Origin: an uncultured Gammaproteobacteria bacterium
Lineage (GTDB): Bacteria; Patescibacteriota; Patescibacteriia; UBA9934; CAMTUG01
DNA: 64,000 nucleotides
Reading direction: 5' to 3'
NCBI GenBank assembly: GCA_964588955.1
Contig: CAZPQJ010000004.1
Location: 5,677-69,676 of the forward strand
Each line of letters begins with the position of its first letter. Within the stretch, counting starts at the first letter, position 1. Below the pieces are notes generated by a model. The model searched no databases and was not told the DNA's origin. It was given only the letters and a program-made list of their open reading frames with translations. A program made the position numbers and the translations under genes. Shown here piece by piece: positions 32,764 through 42,496 of this stretch.

Positions 32764-33444
32764 ATGAGAAGCAAACGTTATACCGGAGCGAAAAAGATGG
32801 TGGACAGTAAAAAGTCGTACTCTGTTGCCGAAGCCGTAGCTTTGGTCAAAGAAACCGCCAAAGTGAAATTTGACGCCACGGTTGAGTTACACTGCAAACT
32901 CGGTATCGACGTCAAACAGTCCGACCAAAACATTCGCGGTACGATTTCTTTGCCACATGCTGTCGGCAAGTCCCGCCGCGTGGCCGCCTTCGTGGAACCA
33001 GACAAAGAAGCTGAAGCCAAAGCCGCTGGTGCAGACTTGGTCGGTTCCGAAGAGCTCATCAACGAAATCGTTACCAAAGGAAAGATCGACTTCGACGTCG
33101 CTGTGGCAACCCCCGGCATGATGCCAAAGCTCGCCAAGGCCGCCAAAGTCTTGGGTCCAAAAGGCTTGATGCCGAACCCAAAGACCGACACCGTCGGTGC
33201 GCAAATTGGCAAGATCATCGCTGAACAAAAAGCGGGTAAATTGACCTTCAAAAACGACGACACCGGCAACGTCCACGTAGCTGTTGGGAAAGTCTCCTTC
33301 GACGACGCCAAAATTACCGAGAACGTCAACGCCATTATCGACTTGATGCGTCGCTTGAAACCAACCACCGCCAAAGGCATCTACTTCAAAACCTGCGTGA
33401 TGACTTCCACCATGGGTCCCGCGATCCACGTGCAAGTTTCCTAA
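32764..33444 (+). CDS. rplA: 50S ribosomal protein L1
   Basis: KFDATVE, LGPKGLMPNPK, STMGP. Confidence 0.97.
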   Translation: MRSKRYTGAKKMVDSKKSYSVAEAVALVKETAKVKFDATVELHCKLGIDVKQSDQNIRGTISLPHAVGKSRRVAAFVEPDKEAEAKAAGADLVGSEELINEIVTKGKIDFDVAVATPGMMPKLAKAAKVLGPKGLMPNPKTDTVGAQIGKIIAEQKAGKLTFKNDDTGNVHVAVGKVSFDDAKITENVNAIIDLMRRLKPTTAKGIYFKTCVMTSTMGPAIHVQVS

Positions 33445-33614
33445 GCGGATCGGATTGGATTGAACCAGAGGAACCTTTCCAGAAATCAATGGCGGGGCTG
33501 TCAGGCCTCGCTTTTGGTTTAAAACTCCACATCCTATCCACTAGCCACCACCTGCTACCGATGTTACAATCCACCTACAGGAGGCTCGCCGATAAGGCGT
33601 CATCCTTTTTATTT

Positions 33615-34721
33615 ATGCTCAACGACTTCAAAGGGGCTTTAGCCTACCAACACATTAAACAGCTGATGGCCGAAGGGCACATTCGCGAAGGGCAGGAGGC
33701 CAATCTTCAACCTTCGTCGATCGACCTTTCTATCAGTGGGGAAATTTACCGCATGCGCGGCACGTTCCTCCCCCGCCCCAACGAAAAGATCCGCGACATT
33801 TTGCGGAATGGTATTTTGTTTCCGGTGAGCTTGAACCAACCATTAGAACTCAATGGAATTTATCTGATTCGTTTAAACGAACTCCTCGACCTGCCAGAAA
33901 ACGTTTACGCCATGACCAACAATAAGTCGTCGAGCGGGCGCATCAACCTGCAAACGCGTTTAATCGTAAACGGAGTCAGCAGTTTTGACTACGTCCCGCG
34001 TGGCTATCGTGGCGAGCTCTGGTTAGAAGTCATCCCCAAGTCCTTCCCTGTTCAATTGAACTACGCGGAGCATTTGAATCAAATGCGTTTCTTCACGGGC
34101 GACGGACGTTTAACCGACGAAGAACTCAAGCGCGAACACGAGCTCCATGGCTTTCTGCGCGGTTCCATGAATGAGGTTCTCCCTATCCAACCGAGCGCGC
34201 AGCAGAAAGGACTCACCATGAGTATCGACCTCACCAGTTCCGAGATTGTTGGCTATCGCTGTACCCCGACCACCAGCCGCGTCCTCGACTTTAAGCGCCG
34301 TGACCACGATCCGATCGACTTCTTTGAGCCTATCCCACGACCAAAAGACGGACAACTCATCATGCGTAAAGGCGAGTTTTATATTTTTGTTACCAAAGAA
34401 GGCATTCGCATTCCCCATGATTACGCCGTGGAGATGCTTCCTTATGACGTGAGCAAAGGCGAGTTCCGTTCGCACTACGCCGGATTCTTTGATCCTGGGT
34501 TTGGCTACGGGGCTAACGGCGAAATTCTTGGCACCCCCGGAGTTCTCGAGGTCTTCACTCACGACAACGACTTTGTGCTACGCGACGGCCAGCCCATTTG
34601 CCAAATGGTTTACGAGCGCCTCTCCGCCCCGGCCGAGTTGTACTACGGCGATCCAAAACTCGTCAGCAACTATTACAAACAAACCGGCCCGCGGCTATCC
34701 AAACACTTTAAGATGGACTAG
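33615..34721 (+). CDS. dcd: dCTP deaminase (long two-domain type)
   Basis: QPSSIDL, NNKSSSGR, GEFRSHYAGFFDPGFG. Confidence 0.9.
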   Translation: MLNDFKGALAYQHIKQLMAEGHIREGQEANLQPSSIDLSISGEIYRMRGTFLPRPNEKIRDILRNGILFPVSLNQPLELNGIYLIRLNELLDLPENVYAMTNNKSSSGRINLQTRLIVNGVSSFDYVPRGYRGELWLEVIPKSFPVQLNYAEHLNQMRFFTGDGRLTDEELKREHELHGFLRGSMNEVLPIQPSAQQKGLTMSIDLTSSEIVGYRCTPTTSRVLDFKRRDHDPIDFFEPIPRPKDGQLIMRKGEFYIFVTKEGIRIPHDYAVEMLPYDVSKGEFRSHYAGFFDPGFGYGANGEILGTPGVLEVFTHDNDFVLRDGQPICQMVYERLSAPAELYYGDPKLVSNYYKQTGPRLSKHFKMD

Positions 34722-34731
34722 TTGTCCACAT

Positions 34732-34760
34732 TTGACAGCCCCGATCGAGCTACGTATGAT
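34732..34760 (+). promoter_or_regulatory. Near-consensus sigma70 promoter
   Basis: TTGACA-N17-TATGAT. Confidence 0.8.
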
Positions 34761-34769
34761 TAAAACGCT

Positions 34770-34826
34770 ATGAAGCAACACATCCGCCAACTCATCTCTT
34801 CCTCGTCCTCTTGCCTATCAAGCTGA
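34770..34826 (+). CDS. Putative serine-rich leader peptide
   Basis: MKQHIRQLISSSSSCLSS; Ser codons TCT TCC TCG TCC TCT TCA AGC. Confidence 0.65.
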   Translation: MKQHIRQLISSSSSCLSS

Positions 34827-34850
34827 GGAAGATTTTGCTTTAACGTATTT

Positions 34851-34885
34851 GCAACTCCTCGGCAGCAACCGAGGAGTTGTTGTTT
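34851..34885 (+). terminator. Attenuator-type terminator after the leader peptide
   Basis: GCAACTCCTCGG-CAGCAA-CCGAGGAGTTGT then TGTTT. Confidence 0.75.
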
Positions 34886-34966
34886 ATTCCAGTGCCGCGC
34901 GGGTGTGTACAACCCCGCGCCGCGCTGGAGCCAACCGATTCTCGGTTTGCCCAGCCGGAGTCCATC

Positions 34967-35476
34967 GTGAAAAAGTTGCCTGAGCGTCTGCCTGGCCCCT
35001 CGTTCTTCGCCATCCTCGATCACTTCTCGGGCGGCCCTCTGCTCCCCCGCCAGGAAAAGGAAGCTGCGCCGGAGATGGCTGGTACCCTGCACCATCTGCC
35101 TGACTCCTGGAATCAGCAGTTCCCGGGGACGGTGCAGATCCTCGTCCTCGCCCGCGGGGATACCCACGCCACCATCTGTCCCTTCACGGTGATGATGCAT
35201 CGCGATCCCCGCCCTTCGGCTCGCGACGTCTTCCTCGCCTTCCCCTGCGGCGAGGAAGAACCTGCAGTCTTCTTCGTGGGCCTGGGGCTGGCGCGCAAGG
35301 TTCCGCACAGCAACCTGCCGCCGGCCTTCGATCGCATCTGTCTCAATCACCTGCTGGCAGATCCGCCCAAGGGCTACAAGCGGACCCACCTCGCGGCCAA
35401 CGAAGAACCGCTCCCGAACTGGAGGCAGGCCTGGTTCCGCTACATCGCTGAACTGAACAGCACCGGGAAGCACTGA
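34967..35476 (+). CDS. Orphan hypothetical protein (cassette class)
   Basis: GGAGTCCATC-GTG start; terminator TGCCCTCCGGG...CCCGGAGGGCA 35490-35515. Confidence 0.7.
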   Translation: MKKLPERLPGPSFFAILDHFSGGPLLPRQEKEAAPEMAGTLHHLPDSWNQQFPGTVQILVLARGDTHATICPFTVMMHRDPRPSARDVFLAFPCGEEEPAVFFVGLGLARKVPHSNLPPAFDRICLNHLLADPPKGYKRTHLAANEEPLPNWRQAWFRYIAELNSTGKH

Positions 35477-35556
35477 CCTGCTACAACCATGCCCTCCGGG
35501 AACTCCCGGAGGGCACAACTATATTTCTCGATATTAACGACAAACAAGCCGTTGGA

Positions 35557-36267
35557 CTACCGATCTCGTGTCCCAAGCGAAAAATCGACTGCACATTCGA
35601 CAATAATTTCGATTGTGTCAAATAACTTTACATCCGTATGGGTCTGGTTAATCGCCAATGGAATTTCCGTACAACCCATAACGATTGCCTCCGCCCCTTT
35701 TTTTAGATATGCACGCGCGATATCCTTTAACACAATAATGTCATCTGTTTTTTGATTTCCGCCCATTACATGCTCAATCACATTATTCAAAATGTGCTGC
35801 TGATCAACATCTGGAGAGATGACCTCAATACCGGAATCATTAAAACGTTTTTGATAGAGCCCGAGACGGTTCGTACTCTCAGACGCAAAAATACCAACTT
35901 TTCTATATCCGAATTTTATTATGCGCTTTTTTGTCTCTTCAATAATGTTAAAGATTGGTATCTCTACCGACGCCTGCATTTCGTCGAAGTAAGCGTGTAC
36001 GGTGTTGCAACCGATAATCGCCAAATCACACCCAGCGGCCTCTAACTTTTTGATTCCAGCAATGAGCTGACTTTTTACCGCGACCTCATCTGTGATACCC
36101 GTCTCATCAAACCCGACAAGAGGCAGGCTGTAGATAATGACAGGCGGGTAATCAGAGTCTTGAGTCGCGCCATACTTCTGCTGAGAATACTTAATGATCT
36201 TTGCATAAAGATTTGAAGAAGCTGCTGGCCCCATTCCTCCTAACACCCCAATCATCTTATTTTTCAT
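35557..36267 (-). CDS. Aspartate/glutamate racemase family protein
   Basis: IGVLGGMGP, GCNTVH, MGCTEIPL (two catalytic Cys). Confidence 0.92.
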   Translation of the reverse strand: MKNKMIGVLGGMGPAASSNLYAKIIKYSQQKYGATQDSDYPPVIIYSLPLVGFDETGITDEVAVKSQLIAGIKKLEAAGCDLAIIGCNTVHAYFDEMQASVEIPIFNIIEETKKRIIKFGYRKVGIFASESTNRLGLYQKRFNDSGIEVISPDVDQQHILNNVIEHVMGGNQKTDDIIVLKDIARAYLKKGAEAIVMGCTEIPLAINQTHTDVKLFDTIEIIVECAVDFSLGTRDR

Positions 36268-36333
36268 AATGATATTTTTCGAAAGAGAAGTTTCTCTATC
36301 TCAACATTGCAAATGTTGTCAGCAGGTTTGGGT

Positions 36334-38145
36334 TTAGACAAGTCCGCGTTCGATGGCTTTTTGCGATTGGCGAGCTTCGGCGTCGGCGCGAGCCCAGAGG
36401 TAGTCGTTGTAGTCGACGAATTTGAGCAAGCCGGAATCTTTAACCCACGGGGCTAGCTGGACAATCCCGTCAGCAATCTTTTGACAAACGCGACGATAAT
36501 TTGGGTGACCTTGCGGCACGGTGCGTAACTCGAGTAAATGCTGCGCTTCGCGGAAGTTCATCCCAAACCAGAAGCGAATTTTGTGACCAAACAAAACGAC
36601 GTACTCGGCCATGGGCGCACCAAATTCGACGCTCAGCTCGTCGAAAAACGCCCGCACCTCAGCCTCTAAGGCGTTGCAAGCGTCGGCCATGCCGATCTCC
36701 ACAATATCTTCCGGAATCACAAATCCTAAATGCGGATTCGGTCGCTGCCACTGCAGAGTGCACATACGATGGCGATGCAAATCGCGGAAGACACCGAAGT
36801 TAGTGACGACTTCTGCGTTTACATCGTACCCATGTTCAAAGCCACGCGGCGAACGATCGCGGCGGCCTTGGCGGTCGCCGACCGCATGCTGCAGGAGCGT
36901 GGAAATTTGATCCATTGGCAGGGTTTGCAGTTTGGCAACAAGTTCCGTATAGGCACAGTTCACGTAAGGAAAATAGACCCCAGCGAGCAAATGATGGAGC
37001 GCTTCGGGCGTGTCGGAAAGCAGACGCGGAACGTTGTGGACGCGCACCTCTTCCCCATCTGCCGTCGCCTTCATCCACTCAGGCGCGATGGCCGCAATAT
37101 CGGCACGAATCGCCGCGTCGGTCGCCATCCAAAACTTCTCCCCTTCCGGATGCGCGCGTTTCACATACTTTGGCACCACTTTGTTGAGCGTGGCGTGCAT
37201 GCGTTCGGCAACATCGAGAAACTCAGGTCGACCCGACGAATACAAGCGCTTCAGCAAGTGTTCAAAGGTGCGACCGTTGGCAACCATCGCCAAGTTGGTG
37301 AGTGTCGCTGCCGGTAACATAATGCGCGCCGTGTCGCAGGCGCGGGTGCGAATATCGAAGGTATAAGTGCGTTTGAATTCTTTTTTCTGCTTCTCGTCGT
37401 CGAGCTGATCAAGACGATACTTCGTTGGATCGTTCGGTTTGATGGCGTATTCCGTCTGCTCGATCGGTTTATTTTTCATGTATTGCTCCTGTAGCTTCTC
37501 TGCCAAATCCACATACAACGCAAAACACCGATCCATCAAATCAACATATTTTGCTCCATGCGTGGAAGCGATGATCTTCGGCTCGCGATAATAAAACCAA
37601 TTACCCGTTACCGGATCACGTTCGGTGTACAACACATAACGGCTAGATTGTTCAATGTAGGCACCAAGACGTCGATCCTCAATGGCCTTAGCGGCCAAGT
37701 TGGAAACAGAGTTAAACAGCACGGTGGCACACTCTAACTCTTGCACGGAGTCATCACCATACTGAATCAAAATGCGTTCAATCAGCTGCTCCAACTTCCC
37801 CTCCCGCAGTCCACCAATAGGCACACCAAGTTCCTTAGCCTCCGCCTCGTCCGTTACAAGAAACTCTTTCACTAACACATCAATCACCGTGCCAGGCGCT
37901 CGGGACTGGCGAGCAAGCATGGCGCCCACCAGTCCGGACAATTTCCGCCCGTCAACCGCGGTGATGTTGCTTTCGGGAGACAAAAAATACGGACGCGCGA
38001 ACTGAAAAACGCTCTCCAAAATAAACGAGCGGTACGGTAACACGGCACCGTCGCCGCAGGCTACCATCCGCTCCCCGGTTTGGTCGTCCGTAAAGATGGT
38101 ACAGCGATCCTCGGCACTCAACTTCGTATAGGTTTTTGCGTCCAT
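36334..38145 (-). CDS. thyX: FAD-dependent thymidylate synthase, tandem-domain form
   Basis: YGDDSV, EQSSRY, ARIMLPAAT, RDLHRHRM, ELRTVPQGH; next to dut and tmk. Confidence 0.85.
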   Translation of the reverse strand: MDAKTYTKLSAEDRCTIFTDDQTGERMVACGDGAVLPYRSFILESVFQFARPYFLSPESNITAVDGRKLSGLVGAMLARQSRAPGTVIDVLVKEFLVTDEAEAKELGVPIGGLREGKLEQLIERILIQYGDDSVQELECATVLFNSVSNLAAKAIEDRRLGAYIEQSSRYVLYTERDPVTGNWFYYREPKIIASTHGAKYVDLMDRCFALYVDLAEKLQEQYMKNKPIEQTEYAIKPNDPTKYRLDQLDDEKQKKEFKRTYTFDIRTRACDTARIMLPAATLTNLAMVANGRTFEHLLKRLYSSGRPEFLDVAERMHATLNKVVPKYVKRAHPEGEKFWMATDAAIRADIAAIAPEWMKATADGEEVRVHNVPRLLSDTPEALHHLLAGVYFPYVNCAYTELVAKLQTLPMDQISTLLQHAVGDRQGRRDRSPRGFEHGYDVNAEVVTNFGVFRDLHRHRMCTLQWQRPNPHLGFVIPEDIVEIGMADACNALEAEVRAFFDELSVEFGAPMAEYVVLFGHKIRFWFGMNFREAQHLLELRTVPQGHPNYRRVCQKIADGIVQLAPWVKDSGLLKFVDYNDYLWARADAEARQSQKAIERGLV

Positions 38146-38212
38146 AGTCCTCACACTGTACAGAAGGTCCAGGGCTGTTACCAGTGGATAAGATAGGGTA
38201 AAATTGCCCCGT

Positions 38213-38644
38213 ATGAAACTGCCTGTAAAACGCCTGGATCCGGCCGCTGTATTACCTGAATATAAAACCCCGGGAGCAGCCGCTTTTGACCTCACTTCAC
38301 TCGAAACACGCACGTTAGCCCCTCGAGAAATCTATCGCTTCTCGACCGGCCTGGTTTTTTGCATCCCCCCAGGTCATTTTATGTTGATTGCTTCGCGCTC
38401 CTCAAACGCACCGAAAAAAGGACTGGGTATGGCCAACGGCATCGGCATTATTGACTCGGATTTCTGTGGGGAAACAGACGCAATCAACGTGTGCTTACAA
38501 AACATCACCGATGAACCCGTAACCGTAGAGGCGGGCGATCGCATTGCTCAAGCAATCATCCTCCCTGTCGAGCGGGCTGAGATCGTCGAGATCGCTTCCA
38601 CTGGGGCGGTCGACCGTGGTGGATTTGGTTCGACGGGACGCTAA
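38213..38644 (+). CDS. dut: dUTPase
   Basis: AAAFDL, RSS, GIIDSDF, GDRIAQ, RGGFGSTG. Confidence 0.95.
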   Translation: MKLPVKRLDPAAVLPEYKTPGAAAFDLTSLETRTLAPREIYRFSTGLVFCIPPGHFMLIASRSSNAPKKGLGMANGIGIIDSDFCGETDAINVCLQNITDEPVTVEAGDRIAQAIILPVERAEIVEIASTGAVDRGGFGSTGR

Positions 38645-38667
38645 GATATTGCTATAATTAGCTCGCT

Positions 38668-39369
38668 ATGTTCATCATGGTCGACGGCATTGATGGAAGT
38701 GGGAAACGAACCATTGTCGAGGCAATGCTCGCCCATTTAGTCTCCCAAGGCCGCACAAGTTTCGACATTGGCGAGTGGTCTAAAGAACACCATCGCTTGC
38801 CGGAGCCTGCGGAGATGGCTCATGCCGACGTGATTATTGGCGTGGAACCGAGCTACGCATGGACCGGCGCGGCCATCCGTTACGAAATGGTGCGCAACAA
38901 TAAGAGCTACACCTCTCGCCAAATCGCCGAAGCGTTTTCCGTTGATCGATTAACCATCTACGAGCGCTGCTATCTTCCTCTGCTCGCGCGTGGAGCAACA
39001 ATTATTGCCGAACGCGGCGTTTCCTCGTCCATCGCCTACCAACCCGCCGCCGACCCGACCCTCCCCCTTGAGGAAGTCCTTGCCATGAGCGGCAACGCCT
39101 TTGCCCTCAAGCATCGACCTGATCATTTGATCATCGCTACGCTCGACCCAGCTATCGCTCTTACGCGGCTCGCCAAACGCTCCGGCAAACAAGACGACGC
39201 TTCTTTCGAGAAAGAACCGTTTCTGCGCCTACTAGCCGAGCGCTATCAAAGCTCCTGGTTCCGCGAACTCTTCACGTCCGTTGGTACGCACCTACACACC
39301 ATCGACACCAGCGGAACTATCGACGACGCCCGCACCGAAACCATTACCCTTTTGCAATCACTTACTTAA
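38668..39369 (+). CDS. tmk: Thymidylate kinase
   Basis: DGIDGSGK P-loop, ERGVSSSIAYQ. Confidence 0.88.
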   Translation: MFIMVDGIDGSGKRTIVEAMLAHLVSQGRTSFDIGEWSKEHHRLPEPAEMAHADVIIGVEPSYAWTGAAIRYEMVRNNKSYTSRQIAEAFSVDRLTIYERCYLPLLARGATIIAERGVSSSIAYQPAADPTLPLEEVLAMSGNAFALKHRPDHLIIATLDPAIALTRLAKRSGKQDDASFEKEPFLRLLAERYQSSWFRELFTSVGTHLHTIDTSGTIDDARTETITLLQSLT

Positions 39370-39373
39370 ACGT

Positions 39374-40252
39374 ATGCCGCAACTTCTCTCGGTCGGCACG
39401 ATCATCGATCGCGCCTGGAGTCATTACACCAAGCATTTTCTAGAATTGATGGGGATCTCTTCCTGGCTTTTATTGATTGCCATTCTGACAATCATTTCAA
39501 CCTGGATCTCTCCAGACACCTTACTTGTAGCCGGCCAATATCGGAACGTTCTTTCGGTGATGCAAATCACCGGCATCGTTATTTATGGTCTTACCTATTT
39601 AGTGCTAGCTCCGATTCTTTCTATTTGGATTAGCAATCAGCTGACAAGAGCCATCAATCTTGAACTCGATGCTACCAATATAAACACAAAAGAGCTTAGC
39701 CGATTCGGCTGGAAGAATTTCTTTCCCCGTGTGTTCGTAGGAATCCTTACTGCCATTTGTGTTTTGGCACCATTTTTAATCCTCGTGCCAGGCGGGATTA
39801 TTTCCGTGATTGCTGGACTCACCAATTCTGTTGGTCTCTCGGTAATAAGTACCGCCCTCATCTTTATTGGAGTCATTGCCGCCACCGTCGGTTGCTTGTA
39901 CGTGATCGTACGTTTAATCTTTGCTCCTTACGCCTTGTTGCTCGACGATCATCATGGACGTTCGGCTTTAAAACAAAGCGCCGCGCTCAGCCGGGGTAGA
40001 TTTTGGAGCGTCTTTTTCCGTGTTGTCATTCCTGCTGTGGTTTTCTACATTGGCATGACGACTATTCACGTGTTGCTCATTTACGTAATGAAAACGATCG
40101 TTATCTCCGTAGCCGGACTTAATGCCACCCTTGCTGTCCAACTCTTCAGCATTGGCCGCAGCACCATCTTCATTGTCCTCAACACGTTGGTCGCTCCGCT
40201 GGTGATTACCGCCAATTGCCTAGTCTATCGCGATCTGACCAAGAATCGTTAA
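39374..40252 (+). CDS. Polytopic membrane protein
   Basis: Multiple TM segments, ALKQSAALSRGRFW motif. Confidence 0.8.
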   Translation: MPQLLSVGTIIDRAWSHYTKHFLELMGISSWLLLIAILTIISTWISPDTLLVAGQYRNVLSVMQITGIVIYGLTYLVLAPILSIWISNQLTRAINLELDATNINTKELSRFGWKNFFPRVFVGILTAICVLAPFLILVPGGIISVIAGLTNSVGLSVISTALIFIGVIAATVGCLYVIVRLIFAPYALLLDDHHGRSALKQSAALSRGRFWSVFFRVVIPAVVFYIGMTTIHVLLIYVMKTIVISVAGLNATLAVQLFSIGRSTIFIVLNTLVAPLVITANCLVYRDLTKNR

Positions 40253-40253
40253 T

Positions 40254-40976
40254 ATGCTCACTGTCATTGAATTATTGCAATTAACCTTTGCCGTTTACCG
40301 ACGCAACTTCGGACTCTATTTCGGCTACGCGGCTTGGATGATTATTCCTGGCGCCATCTTGTGGATTCTGGATGCTGCCATTCCTAGCGCCCATACGGGA
40401 TTCGACATTGTGGGACAAGTTGCCTTGCTTGTTCTGGGTGTATGGATTTGGATTATTCTGACCAACATTACGGCCAACATTATTCTCAAAGAAAAAATCA
40501 ACACGGAAACACTTGCAGGTCAGGCATGGAAAATGATCTTGCCGGTTTTTTGGGTCATGTTGATTGCCAGCCTTGTCAAAATTGTTGGTCTTGTTTTGTT
40601 GATTATTCCGGGCTTACTATTTTCGGTTTGGTATGCCTTCGCCGACTTGGAAGTCATCCTGAATGGTAAAACATCACTGGCAGCAATGGCAGGAAGTCGC
40701 GACCTTGTGCGTGGACGCGGATGGTCGGTGTTGTGGCGTTTAGTTGCCGGTCCCCTTTTGCTCGCGGCCGTGTATGTTATCGTCTCTTCATCATTAATTG
40801 GAATCGTAGAAACACTGACCACAGGATCAAGCAGTCTCATGAGTACGCAGCCGTCGGTCGGGGCGCAAATGCTTAGTTCTATCACAGACGCCCTCGTCTT
40901 TCCCCTCTTCGTCATTTATCCTGTTCTTCTCTATCTTGATCTTAAACAGATCAAAAAGAAAAAAGCTTCCGTATGA
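40254..40976 (+). CDS. Polytopic membrane protein, likely paralog of the preceding gene
   Basis: LLIIPG, AMAGSRDLVRGRGW, LLYLDL. Confidence 0.8.
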   Translation: MLTVIELLQLTFAVYRRNFGLYFGYAAWMIIPGAILWILDAAIPSAHTGFDIVGQVALLVLGVWIWIILTNITANIILKEKINTETLAGQAWKMILPVFWVMLIASLVKIVGLVLLIIPGLLFSVWYAFADLEVILNGKTSLAAMAGSRDLVRGRGWSVLWRLVAGPLLLAAVYVIVSSSLIGIVETLTTGSSSLMSTQPSVGAQMLSSITDALVFPLFVIYPVLLYLDLKQIKKKKASV

Positions 40977-42496
40977 AACTCCAGCCGGTGATTGGACTAG
41001 AAATCCATGTTGAATTGAAAACCAAAAGCAAAATGTTTTGCTCTTGTTCGGCTCATGTCAGTGCCCACACGCCGCCGAACACCAATACCTGTCCGATTTG
41101 TCTTGGGCATCCAGGAACGCTTCCTGTGCTCAACGCGCAGGCGGTACGTTTTGGTGTTCTGCTCGGATTAGCATTAGAAGGAACGGTAGCGTCGCATTGC
41201 AAGTTTGACCGCAAAAATTATTTCTACCCCGACTTACCAAAAGGCTATCAGATTTCTCAATACGATCAGCCGATTGTTTCTGGCGGGCATGTAGACGTGG
41301 AAGTGCCTGGCGCTGAGCAGCGAAAAAACATCCGCATTGGTATTACCCGAGCACACTTGGAAGAAGACGCGGCCAAAAATATTCATGCCGGCACCACTTC
41401 ACTGGTCGACTTCAACCGTGCGGGAGTGCCGCTGTTAGAAATTGTCACGGAGCCGGACTTTTGTGCGCCAGAAGAGGCCAAAGCGTTCTTGCAAGAATTG
41501 CGACTGCTTGTGCGCACGCTTGGGATCAGCGACGGAGACATGGAAAAAGGACACATGCGTTGCGATGCCAACGTGTCGTTGCGCGAACTTGATGAAGACG
41601 GCAACGTCTTTGGTCCCCTTTTCCATCCGAAAACAGAGATTAAAAACATTAACTCGTTCCGCAACGTCGAACGAGCACTAAAATACGAAATTACTCGCCA
41701 AACAGCGCTGTGGGAATCTGGCGCCCGACCAATGATCACCACTACCCGTGGTTTTGACGACACCACAGGCAAAACGGTGGAACAGCGCACCAAAGAAGAC
41801 GCGGCGGATTACCGCTTCTTCCCTGAACCGGATTTGCCACCGCTCGAACTCGATGCCTTAGTAGAAGAAATGCGCCCGCGCCTGCCGGAGCTGCCGGCAG
41901 TCAAGCGTCGTCGTTTTGTCGACGAGTATGGATTCACCATGCCTGACGCACGCCAGCTGATTGAGGACCCAGCCTTGGCAGAATTTGCAGAACACACCAT
42001 TTCTGAACTTGGCGGTTGGTTGGAGTCTCAAGGGAACGTGGAACCGGAAGGGGTCGAAGCGGCCACAAAAAAACTGGCGCGCTTAGTGGCCAGCTGGTTG
42101 CTCAACAAACTCCTCGGGCTCATGAACGAACAAGCAATCGACGTACGCACCATGAAGATTGATCCGGAAAACTTCGCCGAATTCATCACACTGGTGGCCG
42201 GTGGCAAAGTGACCAATGCCAGCGGGTTGAAGATTTTGCAAAAAATGTTAGAGAGCGGAGCCGACCCGACCCATATTATGGAAGATGTTGGCTTGGGCAA
42301 AATGGAAGATACCGAAGCGGTGGCCGCAGTGGTAGACCGTGTCCTTGCTGCGCACCCACAAGAAGTCGCCCGCTACAAAGCCGGCGAGGTGCAGCTGCTC
42401 AAATTGTTTATTGGACTGGTTATGAAAGAGACGGAAGGTTCAGCTGATCCCGGATCCACGAAAAATATTCTGGCTGCGAAGCTTGCCCAAGTGTAA
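40973..42496 (+). CDS. gatB: Asp/Glu-tRNA amidotransferase subunit B
   Basis: IGLEIHVEL, YFYPDLPKGYQISQ, RCDANVS, DYRFFPEPDL. Confidence 0.97.
   Translation: MKLQPVIGLEIHVELKTKSKMFCSCSAHVSAHTPPNTNTCPICLGHPGTLPVLNAQAVRFGVLLGLALEGTVASHCKFDRKNYFYPDLPKGYQISQYDQPIVSGGHVDVEVPGAEQRKNIRIGITRAHLEEDAAKNIHAGTTSLVDFNRAGVPLLEIVTEPDFCAPEEAKAFLQELRLLVRTLGISDGDMEKGHMRCDANVSLRELDEDGNVFGPLFHPKTEIKNINSFRNVERALKYEITRQTALWESGARPMITTTRGFDDTTGKTVEQRTKEDAADYRFFPEPDLPPLELDALVEEMRPRLPELPAVKRRRFVDEYGFTMPDARQLIEDPALAEFAEHTISELGGWLESQGNVEPEGVEAATKKLARLVASWLLNKLLGLMNEQAIDVRTMKIDPENFAEFITLVAGGKVTNASGLKILQKMLESGADPTHIMEDVGLGKMEDTEAVAAVVDRVLAAHPQEVARYKAGEVQLLKLFIGLVMKETEGSADPGSTKNILAAKLAQV

Noticed and set aside
38146-38313. 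N-terminal extension of ThyX overlapping dut
   Set aside because: Overlaps the divergent dut gene and promoter region; MDAKT at 38145 has the backbone-style TATG start
42420-42496. 77-bp convergent overlap of gatB and miaA
   Set aside because: Most simply a tail extension in a compact genome; no sign of function
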